From IMG/VR virus record IMGVR_UViG_3300017774_003070, positions 1 to 64,000 of that record: a stretch of 64,000 bases of DNA, one strand, 5' to 3'. Positions 1 to 7,879 of this stretch are shown here, in pieces (within the stretch, counting starts at the first letter, position 1; each line of letters begins with the position of its first letter). The DNA comes from a virus. The position numbers and the translations under genes were made by a program. The notes beneath the pieces are model-generated. The model had not been told where the DNA came from, did no database searches, and saw only the letters and a program-made list of their open reading frames with translations.

Positions 1-100
1 CATAGCACTGGCAGCCTCCATCCCAAAACAATTGAACTTGTTTTCTAGTAACTCCATTGTCAAGAGTTACTATTTCAAGAGTTTTTCTGTTAGTGTACAT
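1..100 (-). CDS. Hypothetical protein, 5' part only (runs off the window): MYTNRKTLEIVTLDNGVTRKQVQLFWDGGCQCY...
   Basis: Manual translation from ATG at 100 is open to base 1; AT-rich leader; same orientation as neighbours. Confidence 0.55.
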   Translation of the reverse strand, partial: MYTNRKTLEIVTLDNGVTRKQVQLFWDGGCQCY

Positions 101-118
101 GATTAGTGATTTGAAAGT

Positions 119-153
119 TAAAAAAGGCAACTACAGAAGCATAACTGTAGTTG
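119..153 (-). terminator. Intrinsic terminator-like hairpin
   Basis: 9-bp perfect stem CAACTACAG(128-136)/CTGTAGTTG(145-153), followed on the minus strand by a T-run (A-run 119-125). Confidence 0.55.
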
Positions 154-374
154 ATTAAATCAGTTCAATGAAAAACGCCCATTAATGAAAGATAAGATTG
201 CTTTTTAATTCACCCCATCATCTACCCATAATAATTAACACCTAGACTGAGTTTCATCTAGTTAGCTACACAAACGTCATTTCCTTGCGGATCAGTTCTT
301 CCTCTATTAAAGTGTAGTTATGTTAAAAACTCATAATCACCAAAACCTAATTTGATTGAATAGTTTCAGTCAGA

Positions 375-698
375 TTAAGCTGTAGTTCCGTCCCAAGTCT
401 TCCATTCTTTTGGTACTGCTTTCTCATCAAATGACCAAGTGTTATGGTAGTTTGGTTTTGATAACGCACGGTATAACTCAGGCGTCATTACAAGAATCAC
501 TTGACAATGACCTAATGCTCTCAATACCCTGAATTGACCTGAGTTTTGAGCACGAATCTCTTGCACCTCAGACTCTTGTGTGGTCTTGTACAATGTGCCT
601 AGATTACCAGCACCTGGATACGATACTTGCTTCTTGGTTATCATAGTTTGGAAGATTAAGATTTGAGAACAGTGTACAACGGATTGCAAACTTGTCAC
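375..698 (-). CDS. Hypothetical protein (start may be ATG at 644)
   Basis: ORF in the minus-strand small-gene cluster; overlap with 604..879 suggests the later start. Confidence 0.55.
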   Translation of the reverse strand: MTSLQSVVHCSQILIFQTMITKKQVSYPGAGNLGTLYKTTQESEVQEIRAQNSGQFRVLRALGHCQVILVMTPELYRALSKPNYHNTWSFDEKAVPKEWKTWDGTTA

Positions 699-879
699 CA
701 GCTTGGAATAGACAGTTCATACCAAATTGGTAAGCTGACTTAATTCCTTCAGGTGTGCCAAAGTCCTCAACTTTACAGCCAGTGACTCGTTTAAAGTCTT
801 GGTCGTCAGGAAGACTATTTGCTATTTGAGCTTCTTGTAACTTACGTTGAAACTCTTGTTTGGTTGTGTATTTGCACAT
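604..879 (-). CDS. Hypothetical protein
   Basis: ORF tightly packed with 882..1160. Confidence 0.6.
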   Translation of the reverse strand: MCKYTTKQEFQRKLQEAQIANSLPDDQDFKRVTGCKVEDFGTPEGIKSAYQFGMNCLFQAGDKFAIRCTLFSNLNLPNYDNQEASIVSRCW

Positions 880-881
880 GG

Positions 882-1160
882 TTATGCTGTTAAATATGCG
901 TCCTTACCTATGTTAAGTAAACTATTTTCATCTTGATCAGCTTTCTTGTCATGGATTGTTAGCATTGCTTTTTGTGCAGCTTTCAATTTTGTTGTTTCAG
1001 AAGGATGAAATTTTATTTGATCTGCATAACAAGCAGCTGCTGCTAAGATTCCTGCTTCTGTCCCATTTTGACCTTTACTAAGAGCATTATGGTAAGCAGC
1101 AGCAAAATCAGCAGCTGCATATTGCCAAGGAGAAACACCCCAATTGTTATATGTTTGCAT
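882..1160 (-). CDS. Hypothetical Ala-rich helical protein
   Basis: ORF with AT-rich leader, in an operon-like arrangement. Confidence 0.7.
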   Translation of the reverse strand: MQTYNNWGVSPWQYAAADFAAAYHNALSKGQNGTEAGILAAAACYADQIKFHPSETTKLKAAQKAMLTIHDKKADQDENSLLNIGKDAYLTA

Positions 1161-1219
1161 TTGTATTAGGTTTTGACTGGTGAATGAAGGTTATTTGAGA
1201 TACCTACAAACTCTTATTC

Positions 1220-1819
1220 TTACTTTTTTTCAAAATAGGTTTGATTACCATATTTTGATTCATTACTCCACCAGTTTGCGCCTATGGATAATGCAACTCT
1301 ATCACAAGCTTTACTTAGGCTTTCGCCATCAAGGAGCTGTACATCAAGTTGGATTGACTCTCCTTTTAAAAGTTTACCATCCAACCAAGTATTCCAACGT
1401 TTAACATCAGCTTCTTCAATCTCTGCCCATTTCTGAGCGAAGTTAGGAGCTTTGTAGAGCGTCCAAGTAAATGAATCATAATCACGTCCATTACCAGAAG
1501 TAAAGTCTTCATTCACTAGGAAGAATACAAACTCTTCTACACCTGGAATGTGCATTAACTGTGTACCTTCATCCCCATAGTTTTCACCAGAAGTTGAATT
1601 ACGGCTACAGCCAACGTACTGGTTCAGGTCTACAAATCCTTTTACAGGACTGAACCCCCACAGTTTAAAACTGTAAGTATTTGACTGAGAAGACCAGCAA
1701 TCGTGACCAGTAAATGAACGTGTCGGTTCAAGCTCACCAGATAAGATCACTGATTCAGGTCTAATCTTGAATACTGATGCAACTACATTGCGTAGAATGC
1801 TTGCGGACATGTTTGCCAT
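1220..1819 (-). CDS. Hypothetical protein
   Basis: 199-aa ORF with phage-typical codon usage. Confidence 0.75.
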   Translation of the reverse strand: MANMSASILRNVVASVFKIRPESVILSGELEPTRSFTGHDCWSSQSNTYSFKLWGFSPVKGFVDLNQYVGCSRNSTSGENYGDEGTQLMHIPGVEEFVFFLVNEDFTSGNGRDYDSFTWTLYKAPNFAQKWAEIEEADVKRWNTWLDGKLLKGESIQLDVQLLDGESLSKACDRVALSIGANWWSNESKYGNQTYFEKK

Positions 1820-1947
1820 GACAATAGAATTAAAACCTTAATCATTTTACTCATAATGTAAGCCCAAGGTAAGCTGTACATCACAGTGCATGTTTAGTGT
1901 AGCTTGCACTTGCTACTTAGAACTCATTTGTAATCAAATACCACAGT

Positions 1948-1998
1948 CTGTTTATCCTGAAGGAATAAACTGGCAATTCATTTTTTCAAGATGAATAG
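1948..1998 (-). repeat. Double-hairpin intergenic element, copy 1 (near-symmetric, readable on both strands)
   Basis: Minus strand CT-ATTCAT-CTTGAAAAA-ATGAAT-TGCCAG-T...ACAG aligns with copies at 4659 and 7880. Confidence 0.8.
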
Positions 1999-2020
1999 CT
2001 AAGCTGATGAGTTAAAAGAT

Positions 2021-2070
2021 AAAGTAGTTACCCAACTCATACATTACTGTACAGGTCAGATAACTACTTT
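2021..2070 (-). terminator. Hairpin or terminator downstream of 2078..2512
   Basis: 10-bp inverted repeat AAAGTAGTTA/TAACTACTTT 7 nt after the stop codon, with a T-rich tail on the minus strand. Confidence 0.5.
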
Positions 2071-2077
2071 ATTAAGA

Positions 2078-2512
2078 CTAGAACGCTTCCTTACCGTCTG
2101 GTGGTACTAGCTTCCCATTCTCATCAACCAGCTCTTCCTCTTTGTGTTCAGGCTGTTTGTTGTCGTTGGTATCATCAGCAGCTTCTACTTTACCATTACC
2201 GTAAGCATTCTGAAAGGCTTTACCGTTGATGGCAAGTTCAATTGCACTGATAGCACCATCACCCAAACGAGTGACTTGAGGCTGAAGAGATACCCGACCA
2301 GTCTTAGGATTAACGTTGTCAACCATGACGATCTTGACCATGTAGGTTTTACCCACTTCAAAACCAGCACGTTGAGCAATGGTACCATTGACGATACGAC
2401 GGAAAGGTACAATACCAAAGATCGGGTCAAGAATCAGAGGCTTGTTACCATTGGTGTCTTCATCACCAGATACGAAAACAGAAGGATTGACAATTGCGAA
2501 ATAAGTTGTCAT
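2078..2512 (-). CDS. Hypothetical protein with acidic C-terminal tail (possibly SSB-like)
   Basis: Biased codon usage; beta-rich core; acidic tail ending in ...DGKEAF. Confidence 0.7.
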   Translation of the reverse strand: MTTYFAIVNPSVFVSGDEDTNGNKPLILDPIFGIVPFRRIVNGTIAQRAGFEVGKTYMVKIVMVDNVNPKTGRVSLQPQVTRLGDGAISAIELAINGKAFQNAYGNGKVEAADDTNDNKQPEHKEEELVDENGKLVPPDGKEAF

Positions 2513-2765
2513 TGTTTAGTTGTTTAATTGATTAACAATTGGTTCGTTGACACTCAACTTCTGAGGTTGATTTACCGTAATGTCACGGTGTCATTAATGT
2601 GCTTACAGTATCACCAAAACAGTGACAGTATAAAGTTTAGCAAGATTGTGGGGAAAATGGGAGAATGTGAAAGAAAGAGAAAGAGTGGAAAGGAGTTGCT
2701 CCCAACCTCTACACCAGTAAACACTAGCATTTTCAACCCTTTCACACCCTCAATTGTGAAAAAAA

Positions 2766-3014
2766 CTAGACACTAAAAGGTACATAAGCCTCACTAATAT
2801 CTACCCCATTCACAAACTTGTATATTCCTTTCCATTCATCAGCGAGAATGAGTTTATTACCTGAAAAGATAGAACCGTCTGAATTAACTCCAGTGATAGC
2901 TCTATACTTATCCTTCACTTCAGGAAACAACGAAGGAGTTTTTACAATCTTACACCATAGATAAGGTGCTTGATTTAACATACGCTGATCTACCTCAGCC
3001 ATTAACTTTTCCAT
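2766..3014 (-). CDS. Hypothetical protein
   Basis: First ORF of the leftward unit. Confidence 0.65.
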   Translation of the reverse strand: MEKLMAEVDQRMLNQAPYLWCKIVKTPSLFPEVKDKYRAITGVNSDGSIFSGNKLILADEWKGIYKFVNGVDISEAYVPFSV

Positions 3015-3047
3015 GTCACTATATATTAAGGTGAAACAATCAAATGT

Positions 3048-3120
3048 GAGAGCTATCCTCGCGCTGCCATCATAACTGGTTTCGACGCAACGTGAATTTC
3101 TACCCTATTGGATAGCTCTC
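3048..3120. other. Structured leader or stem-loop upstream of the leftward unit
   Basis: 11-bp perfect inverted repeat GAGAGCTATCC/GGATAGCTCTC enclosing further pairings (TCGCG/CGTGA, CCA/TGG). Confidence 0.55.
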
Positions 3121-3625
3121 TATAACCCAACCTACTAGCCTAAGGATGTGCATATAAGTAAAGTATTTTGACAAACGTCATTACACCTTAATATATACAC
3201 AGAATAAGGACACAATCCATCATACTCTCGTACGTCATAGATCATGTCCTAGTGAAGGTTTATAGCAATACCTACAACTCTTGCTGACCAAGCTTGATTT
3301 CATTTTAACGAGTAGTCTTCTCGTGTCAGTCTAAGATTACACCTGACAAGGATGTAAAATGTCAATCTTTATCTTGACAAACGATTATCCTCAGAACAGT
3401 CCGGGGATGCTCGAACGCTAGAAAGGGTGACGGGGATAAAGGTTGGGAAGCATTACGTTTATCACTAATATATTAATTTCACCAGGGGCTACTTTTTATC
3501 TGACAATAAGGTCGGGGGTAGTTGAATAAATTAGACTAAGTAGGGGCTATGTTTATACTTTCCTTAAATATGCCATTCTGTCAGATATTTTTACAATCAA
3601 ATGACACATTGTCAGTTCAGACGAA

Positions 3626-3656
3626 TTGACTTGTATCTAACTTCTCCTTATATTTG
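3626..3656 (+). promoter_or_regulatory. Bacteroidota sigma70-type promoter
   Basis: TTG(3626)-20 nt-TATATTTG(3649-3656) matches the -33 TTG / -7 TAnnTTTG consensus. Confidence 0.7.
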
Positions 3657-3662
3657 CCCCTG

Positions 3663-4125
3663 TACTAAAAGCTAGTAACTTTTTTACCCTGACTAACAAA
3701 CACACGGGAGTGGAAGAAAGGAGTCAGGAGAAGCAGCGTGGATACTCTAAATAGGAGGAAGGATAGCTGTAAGTACAAAAATGGTTAAACTTTGAAATGA
3801 TTAGTGAGTTGAATCTTCCAGTCTTATGAGATAACTTCAACGTAAGATGGTCAAAATAACTAGGGTAGAAGATTCTTAATGGTAGGTTTGCGGTGTTACA
3901 TCTCACTTTACTACCAACGAGGCACTCAACTGAGAACACTGCTAATCAATAAGAATTTAACTGATACTGAGAAATCACACAATGAGAATTAATTTTCTAA
4001 GGGGTTTCCCATGTGACGAAGTTACTACTTCTAAGTTATTTACTTAGTTCGATTCTTCATGGGAAACACATCAAGTAACTGAGTCAATCACGAGGTTACG
4101 TTAGCTACAATAGCATACCTTACTT
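3663..4125 (+). ncRNA. Candidate structured ncRNA or long 5' leader
   Basis: No + strand ORF of 60 aa or more between the promoter and 4159; several nested inverted repeats (see findings); boundaries approximate. Confidence 0.4.
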
Positions 4126-4158
4126 AATACAATTCAATAACAGTACAAGTCTATCAAA

Positions 4159-4395
4159 ATGACACTTACAGAGCTAATCAGAACTGGTTTTAATTACAAG
4201 CAATACAAGGTTATCCTTTACTGTATTCTTAAAAGAGATACTGACGGGGTGTTCACTTTTGGTAAAGCTCAAGTAGCCGAGCTACAAGAGATGACCAATC
4301 TTACACCTAGAGTGATAAGGAGAGCGTTCAATAGTATGGCTGACACTTTCTTTTTTAAGCTGAGTAAGAACACGTATCAATTTACAGAAGAATGA
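4159..4395 (+). CDS. Small protein, possible winged HTH
   Basis: Helix-turn-helix-like segment ELQEMTNLTPRVIRRAFNSM followed by a beta hairpin; ATGA coupling to the next gene. Confidence 0.6.
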   Translation: MTLTELIRTGFNYKQYKVILYCILKRDTDGVFTFGKAQVAELQEMTNLTPRVIRRAFNSMADTFFFKLSKNTYQFTEE

Positions 4396-4658
4396 CACTA
4401 TATCTTGATTCTACAGTTACATTTGGTAAGTACGCTGGGACAAAGATAAAGGATATTCCTAGTGCTTATATCAATTGGCTACGAGAGAACACACAGTACA
4501 AGATCAAGTGGACTAAGAAGCCGCAAGAAGAAGAGTTTAACTATGACAACTTCAAACTCACTTTCTTACAGATTATCCAACTTGAGTACAATCATAGAAA
4601 GCTGTGTACTGACCTTGGAAGACAACTAATTTATTCAAACGTTCAAATACCTTTCTAG
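4392..4658 (+). CDS. DUF3820/ExoX C-terminal-like domain protein
   Basis: Motif TFGKYAGTKIKDIPSAYINWL matches the FGKYxG...P..YL.W signature. Confidence 0.7.
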   Translation: MTLYLDSTVTFGKYAGTKIKDIPSAYINWLRENTQYKIKWTKKPQEEEFNYDNFKLTFLQIIQLEYNHRKLCTDLGRQLIYSNVQIPF

Positions 4659-4708
4659 CTGTTTATCTTGAAAGAATAAACTGTCAGTAAAAATTAAAAT
4701 TTTAACAG
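4659..4708 (+). repeat. Double-hairpin intergenic element, copy 2
   Basis: CT-GTTTAT-CTTGAAAGA-ATAAAC-TGTCAG-T-AAAAATTAAAATTTTA-ACAG fills the whole gap between the TAG and the next ATG. Confidence 0.8.
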
Positions 4709-5056
4709 ATGAACAACCTAATTATTGACGAAGAATTTGAGAAGCTTCCAGACCATGTTAGAAATAGGATGATACGTGAAGCAGATTCTGTTTCTTACTC
4801 TGCTTCTTTCATTCCTGGTGATAGTTACTCTCTTCCTAAAATGAATTCACCTCTTACATCTACTGGAGAAAGATACAGTAAGATTGCAGTATACTCTGGT
4901 GGTAATTTAAGACATCTCCAAGAATTACTTTACCACAGAATGCATACAGCTAGGAAGATACTAGAACACAACACTGACAATCCTGTGAAAGACATGTTGG
5001 TAAAGTACCTGGAGATGATTGAGAATGGGATTAAGAAAGCTTTAATTTTAGAATGA
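4709..5056 (+). CDS. Hypothetical protein
   Basis: ORF with ATGA coupling. Confidence 0.7.
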   Translation: MNNLIIDEEFEKLPDHVRNRMIREADSVSYSASFIPGDSYSLPKMNSPLTSTGERYSKIAVYSGGNLRHLQELLYHRMHTARKILEHNTDNPVKDMLVKYLEMIENGIKKALILE

Positions 5057-5370
5057 TGGGCTGGTTAAAACTGATTGAAGAAATTACCCCTGACACTATA
5101 ACAGTCAATGACAGAGAAGAGTTACTATCATTGATCAGGAATGTTGTTGAATTACATGGTGTACCTAGACGAGCACCGTACAATCCTATTACTCCTGAGA
5201 TGGATAGTATCATGCTTAGGATGATTGACGAATTACCCAATGGTGGTTATGTGATTAAAACTAAGAAACTCATTAAGACAGAAAAGTTCAATAACCTACT
5301 TAAAGAGGAAGTTGACAAATTACTACTGGAAATTATGGAAAGAGATACACTTAACTTAGAAATAGAATGA
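5053..5370 (+). CDS. Hypothetical protein
   Basis: ORF with ATGA coupling. Confidence 0.7.
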   Translation: MMGWLKLIEEITPDTITVNDREELLSLIRNVVELHGVPRRAPYNPITPEMDSIMLRMIDELPNGGYVIKTKKLIKTEKFNNLLKEEVDKLLLEIMERDTLNLEIE

Positions 5371-5762
5371 TGGAAGTAAAAGACTTTATAGGTAAGACAA
5401 TTCCTCTAAGAAACAACCTCTACAATGAGAATGAAGTAGTAGATCACGTAATAAAGGATATTGTCTTCAGAGGTGATAAGCTGTTTATAATCTTTGAAGA
5501 TGACATAGAAATGGAGTTTCTTCACAACACACTAGAATCCTTACACGCTTACATTGAATCCTTTACTACAACTACTAAGATAAGTCATATCTTAGATGAA
5601 GAGTTAAAGAAGTCTAGCATTATAGGTAGAGAAGTCTTCTTCAAAGAGGGTATTAGCACGATCAAAGCTATTGAGGTTAATTATTACGGTATTAAAGTCA
5701 CCCTCACAGATGACAGTGAGTTCTTTGTAGAAGAAGGATTTTGGAATTTAAAAGTAAGGTGA
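5367..5762 (+). CDS. Hypothetical protein with a possible internal two-fold repeat
   Basis: Halves resemble each other (FIGKTI...IKDIVF...FEDD vs IIGREV...IKAIEV...LTDD). Confidence 0.7.
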   Translation: MMEVKDFIGKTIPLRNNLYNENEVVDHVIKDIVFRGDKLFIIFEDDIEMEFLHNTLESLHAYIESFTTTTKISHILDEELKKSSIIGREVFFKEGISTIKAIEVNYYGIKVTLTDDSEFFVEEGFWNLKVR

Positions 5763-5763
5763 C

Positions 5764-5794
5764 TTGCACAATTCAAAATCTTAGTTTAGCTTTG
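5764..5794 (+). promoter_or_regulatory. Bacteroidota sigma70-type promoter
   Basis: TTG(5764)-20 nt-TAGCTTTG(5787-5794). Confidence 0.7.
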
Positions 5795-5810
5795 CACGAA
5801 ACAACTAACT

Positions 5811-5954
5811 ATGAATTTCCTAAAAACAAAAGTATTTCCAAACGACGAGACTTCTGTAACTTGGGGTAAGTTATTCTTGATTGTAGGAGGACTTCTTGCT
5901 GGTGGTGTAGTACTTACACTGCTTGTAATGAAGGTTCTTGGTTCACTTAACTAA
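5811..5954 (+). CDS. 47-aa single-pass membrane protein (not in the ORF track)
   Basis: MNFLKTKVFPNDETSVTWGKLFLIVGGLLAGGVVLTLLVMKVLGSLN; directly after the promoter, AT-rich leader. Confidence 0.7.
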   Translation: MNFLKTKVFPNDETSVTWGKLFLIVGGLLAGGVVLTLLVMKVLGSLN

Positions 5955-5958
5955 AACA

Positions 5959-5996
5959 TGAGGAGGCAACTAAACACTGTCTCCTTCACTATTTAA
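5959..5996 (+). terminator. Terminator-like hairpin
   Basis: GGAGGCA/TGTCTCC stem followed by CACTATTTAA, the same tail as the post-capsid hairpin. Confidence 0.45.
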
Positions 5997-5999
5997 CGA

Positions 6000-6245
6000 A
6001 TGATGTACTTAGTAACTGAAGAAGAGTTTGAAGACTTAATCACTTCTTATGACTTTATTACCAAGATGAACTTTACAAATAAAGAGCAGGTGAAGTTAGC
6101 TATGGATTATTGTCAGAGTAGAGATAGGTTAACTACAGACATTGCAGATTACTTACTTGATCTATTAAACACACTACCTGAGTATGAACTGGAAACTGAC
6201 AAAAGCTACGAAGATTGGAAAACTGCTGGAATTAGTGCTAACTAA
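6000..6245 (+). CDS. Hypothetical acidic protein
   Basis: ORF. Confidence 0.65.
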   Translation: MMYLVTEEEFEDLITSYDFITKMNFTNKEQVKLAMDYCQSRDRLTTDIADYLLDLLNTLPEYELETDKSYEDWKTAGISAN

Positions 6246-6378
6246 CGAGGAAAGAATTCTAAACAACTTTCATCTTCCACTTAGCACTAACCACGATCAC
6301 TTGATCAATGTAGTTGGAATACTGGCTACAAAAGATGAATACATTAATCAAATCACTTTAATAGTTGAAAAACGATGA
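6184..6378 (+). CDS. Hypothetical protein
   Basis: ORF coupled by ATGA to 6375; start uncertain. Confidence 0.5.
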   Translation: MNWKLTKATKIGKLLELVLTNEERILNNFHLPLSTNHDHLINVVGILATKDEYINQITLIVEKR

Positions 6379-6584
6379 ACACACAATATGGAGTACTTGC
6401 TAAGAATGGTATTAACTACACAGTCTTAGAAGAAGGAGACAAAATGTATCTTCGGATATGTGAGGGTAAAGTGGTACTTAAATTTCCAATTACTAAAGAA
6501 GTCATTTCTACCCTAAATTGGCTCGTTAACAAAGATACAGTGGGCAGTATAGACATACCTAAAAACTCTGTAATCAAATACTAA
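6375..6584 (+). CDS. Hypothetical protein
   Basis: ORF. Confidence 0.6.
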   Translation: MNTQYGVLAKNGINYTVLEEGDKMYLRICEGKVVLKFPITKEVISTLNWLVNKDTVGSIDIPKNSVIKY

Positions 6585-6585
6585 C

Positions 6586-6771
6586 ATGATACTTCAATTC
6601 TTTACTTACAAACACTTACCAGAGCATCTTCAAGAGGTTAGTAAACCTTTCTGTGAGTTAGCTAACTGGATCAGTGAGAACTTGGAACCTAATTCAGAAA
6701 CATCTACTGTACTTAGAAAGCTGTTAGAAGCTAAAGATGCAGCAGTCAGAGCAAAACTATACAAACCATGA
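6586..6771 (+). CDS. Small helical-hairpin phage protein (HLP..LQEVSKPF...LRKLLEAKDAAVRA family)
   Basis: Motif recalled as widespread in phages; two predicted helices. Confidence 0.7.
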   Translation: MILQFFTYKHLPEHLQEVSKPFCELANWISENLEPNSETSTVLRKLLEAKDAAVRAKLYKP

Positions 6772-7325
6772 AAATAGGATTTGGTGCAATCATAGGAGCA
6801 TTATTAATGTTCTTTGGATTCAAGCAATGTGAACAACCACAAGAAGTACGTACAATAACTAAAAAGATCAGTGTACCTACTTACATTGAGAAGGTAACTA
6901 CAGTCAAAGTACCAGTTACTAAGATCAAGTACATTAGATTGTATGATACAACTACAAGTTATGTGCATGATACGCTAAATCAGCTTGTAGAAGTTGTTTC
7001 TTACGACACTACAAAGTCTCTTGCTGTTATACCTTATAGTGACAGTCTGGTTAACATCTCAGACTCAATCACTCTTACAGGTACAATCTTAGATTTCAAG
7101 CGTAAGGTCATAGTAAAGGAAAGACAACCTGATACTATCACTGTGACTAATCAAGTGACTAAGTATTTCAGAGGAATCAAAGGTTACATAGGAGCAGATT
7201 CTGATTTATTGCAACCTATATTTGGACTTTCCTATGATTCTAAAAAGTTTCAAGTATCTTTGGGCTACAGACCTGTTACTAAGGTTGTAGAAGCAAGACT
7301 TTTCTTACCACTTATCAAACTATAA
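6768..7325 (+). CDS. Membrane-anchored exported protein (possible spanin-like or lipoprotein)
   Basis: N-terminal hydrophobic segment then QC; Thr/Val-rich body with six D(S/T)(L/I/T) motifs; C-terminal amphipathic beta-strands. Confidence 0.6.
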   Translation: MKIGFGAIIGALLMFFGFKQCEQPQEVRTITKKISVPTYIEKVTTVKVPVTKIKYIRLYDTTTSYVHDTLNQLVEVVSYDTTKSLAVIPYSDSLVNISDSITLTGTILDFKRKVIVKERQPDTITVTNQVTKYFRGIKGYIGADSDLLQPIFGLSYDSKKFQVSLGYRPVTKVVEARLFLPLIKL

Positions 7326-7329
7326 CAAA

Positions 7330-7875
7330 ATGGTACAAGCAGAGCCAGATTTTGAAATGGAACTTCCAACAGAAACATTGATTAACCCTGAGTTTGAACA
7401 GGTAAAGCAACCTACACCTCCGTTAGGGGGAGAGATTGCTACACTTCTCAACCTTGCAGACCTCATCTCTACTCGTATTGATGTAGCGAAGTCTCTCAAG
7501 ACAGATACAAGTAAGCTGATCAGTGCTAGAGGTTGGACACTAGACTTGGCTAAAGCACTTGGTAATACTGATCCTTATCAGTTCATTCCAGAGAAACAAC
7601 CACGTCAATTGATTGGTCTGGTTATCAATAACGAGATTAGAATCCTTGATGAGATTGTAGACTTTATTGAACAAGCAGCAGGAAGTTTCCAAGAAGCACT
7701 GAATAAGTTCAATCAACCTTTCGTTGACAAGATCAAGTCATTACAGCCACTTGGGGAAAAGACGAAGGAAGACCAGGAAGAAGCTTACAAGCAGATTATC
7801 TCTCTTATCTATCCTTACTTCCAGATGATTTGTCAGAACTTGAAAGAAGCTAAATTTCAATACGAATCAAAGTAG
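7330..7875 (+). CDS. Hypothetical helical protein
   Basis: ORF. Confidence 0.7.
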   Translation: MVQAEPDFEMELPTETLINPEFEQVKQPTPPLGGEIATLLNLADLISTRIDVAKSLKTDTSKLISARGWTLDLAKALGNTDPYQFIPEKQPRQLIGLVINNEIRILDEIVDFIEQAAGSFQEALNKFNQPFVDKIKSLQPLGEKTKEDQEEAYKQIISLIYPYFQMICQNLKEAKFQYESK

Positions 7876-7879
7876 TCTC

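Noticed and set aside
2004-2045. CTGATGAG as a hammerhead ribozyme core
   Set aside because: No correctly placed GAAA or stem III follows stem II
1180-2776. + strand ORFs 1180..1404, 2144..2527 and 2528..2776
   Set aside because: Antisense to the leftward gene block or low-complexity, with no supporting signals
3724-3939. Minus-strand 71-aa ORF
   Set aside because: Non-ATG start, opposes the 3626 promoter and overlaps the structured region; more likely non-coding
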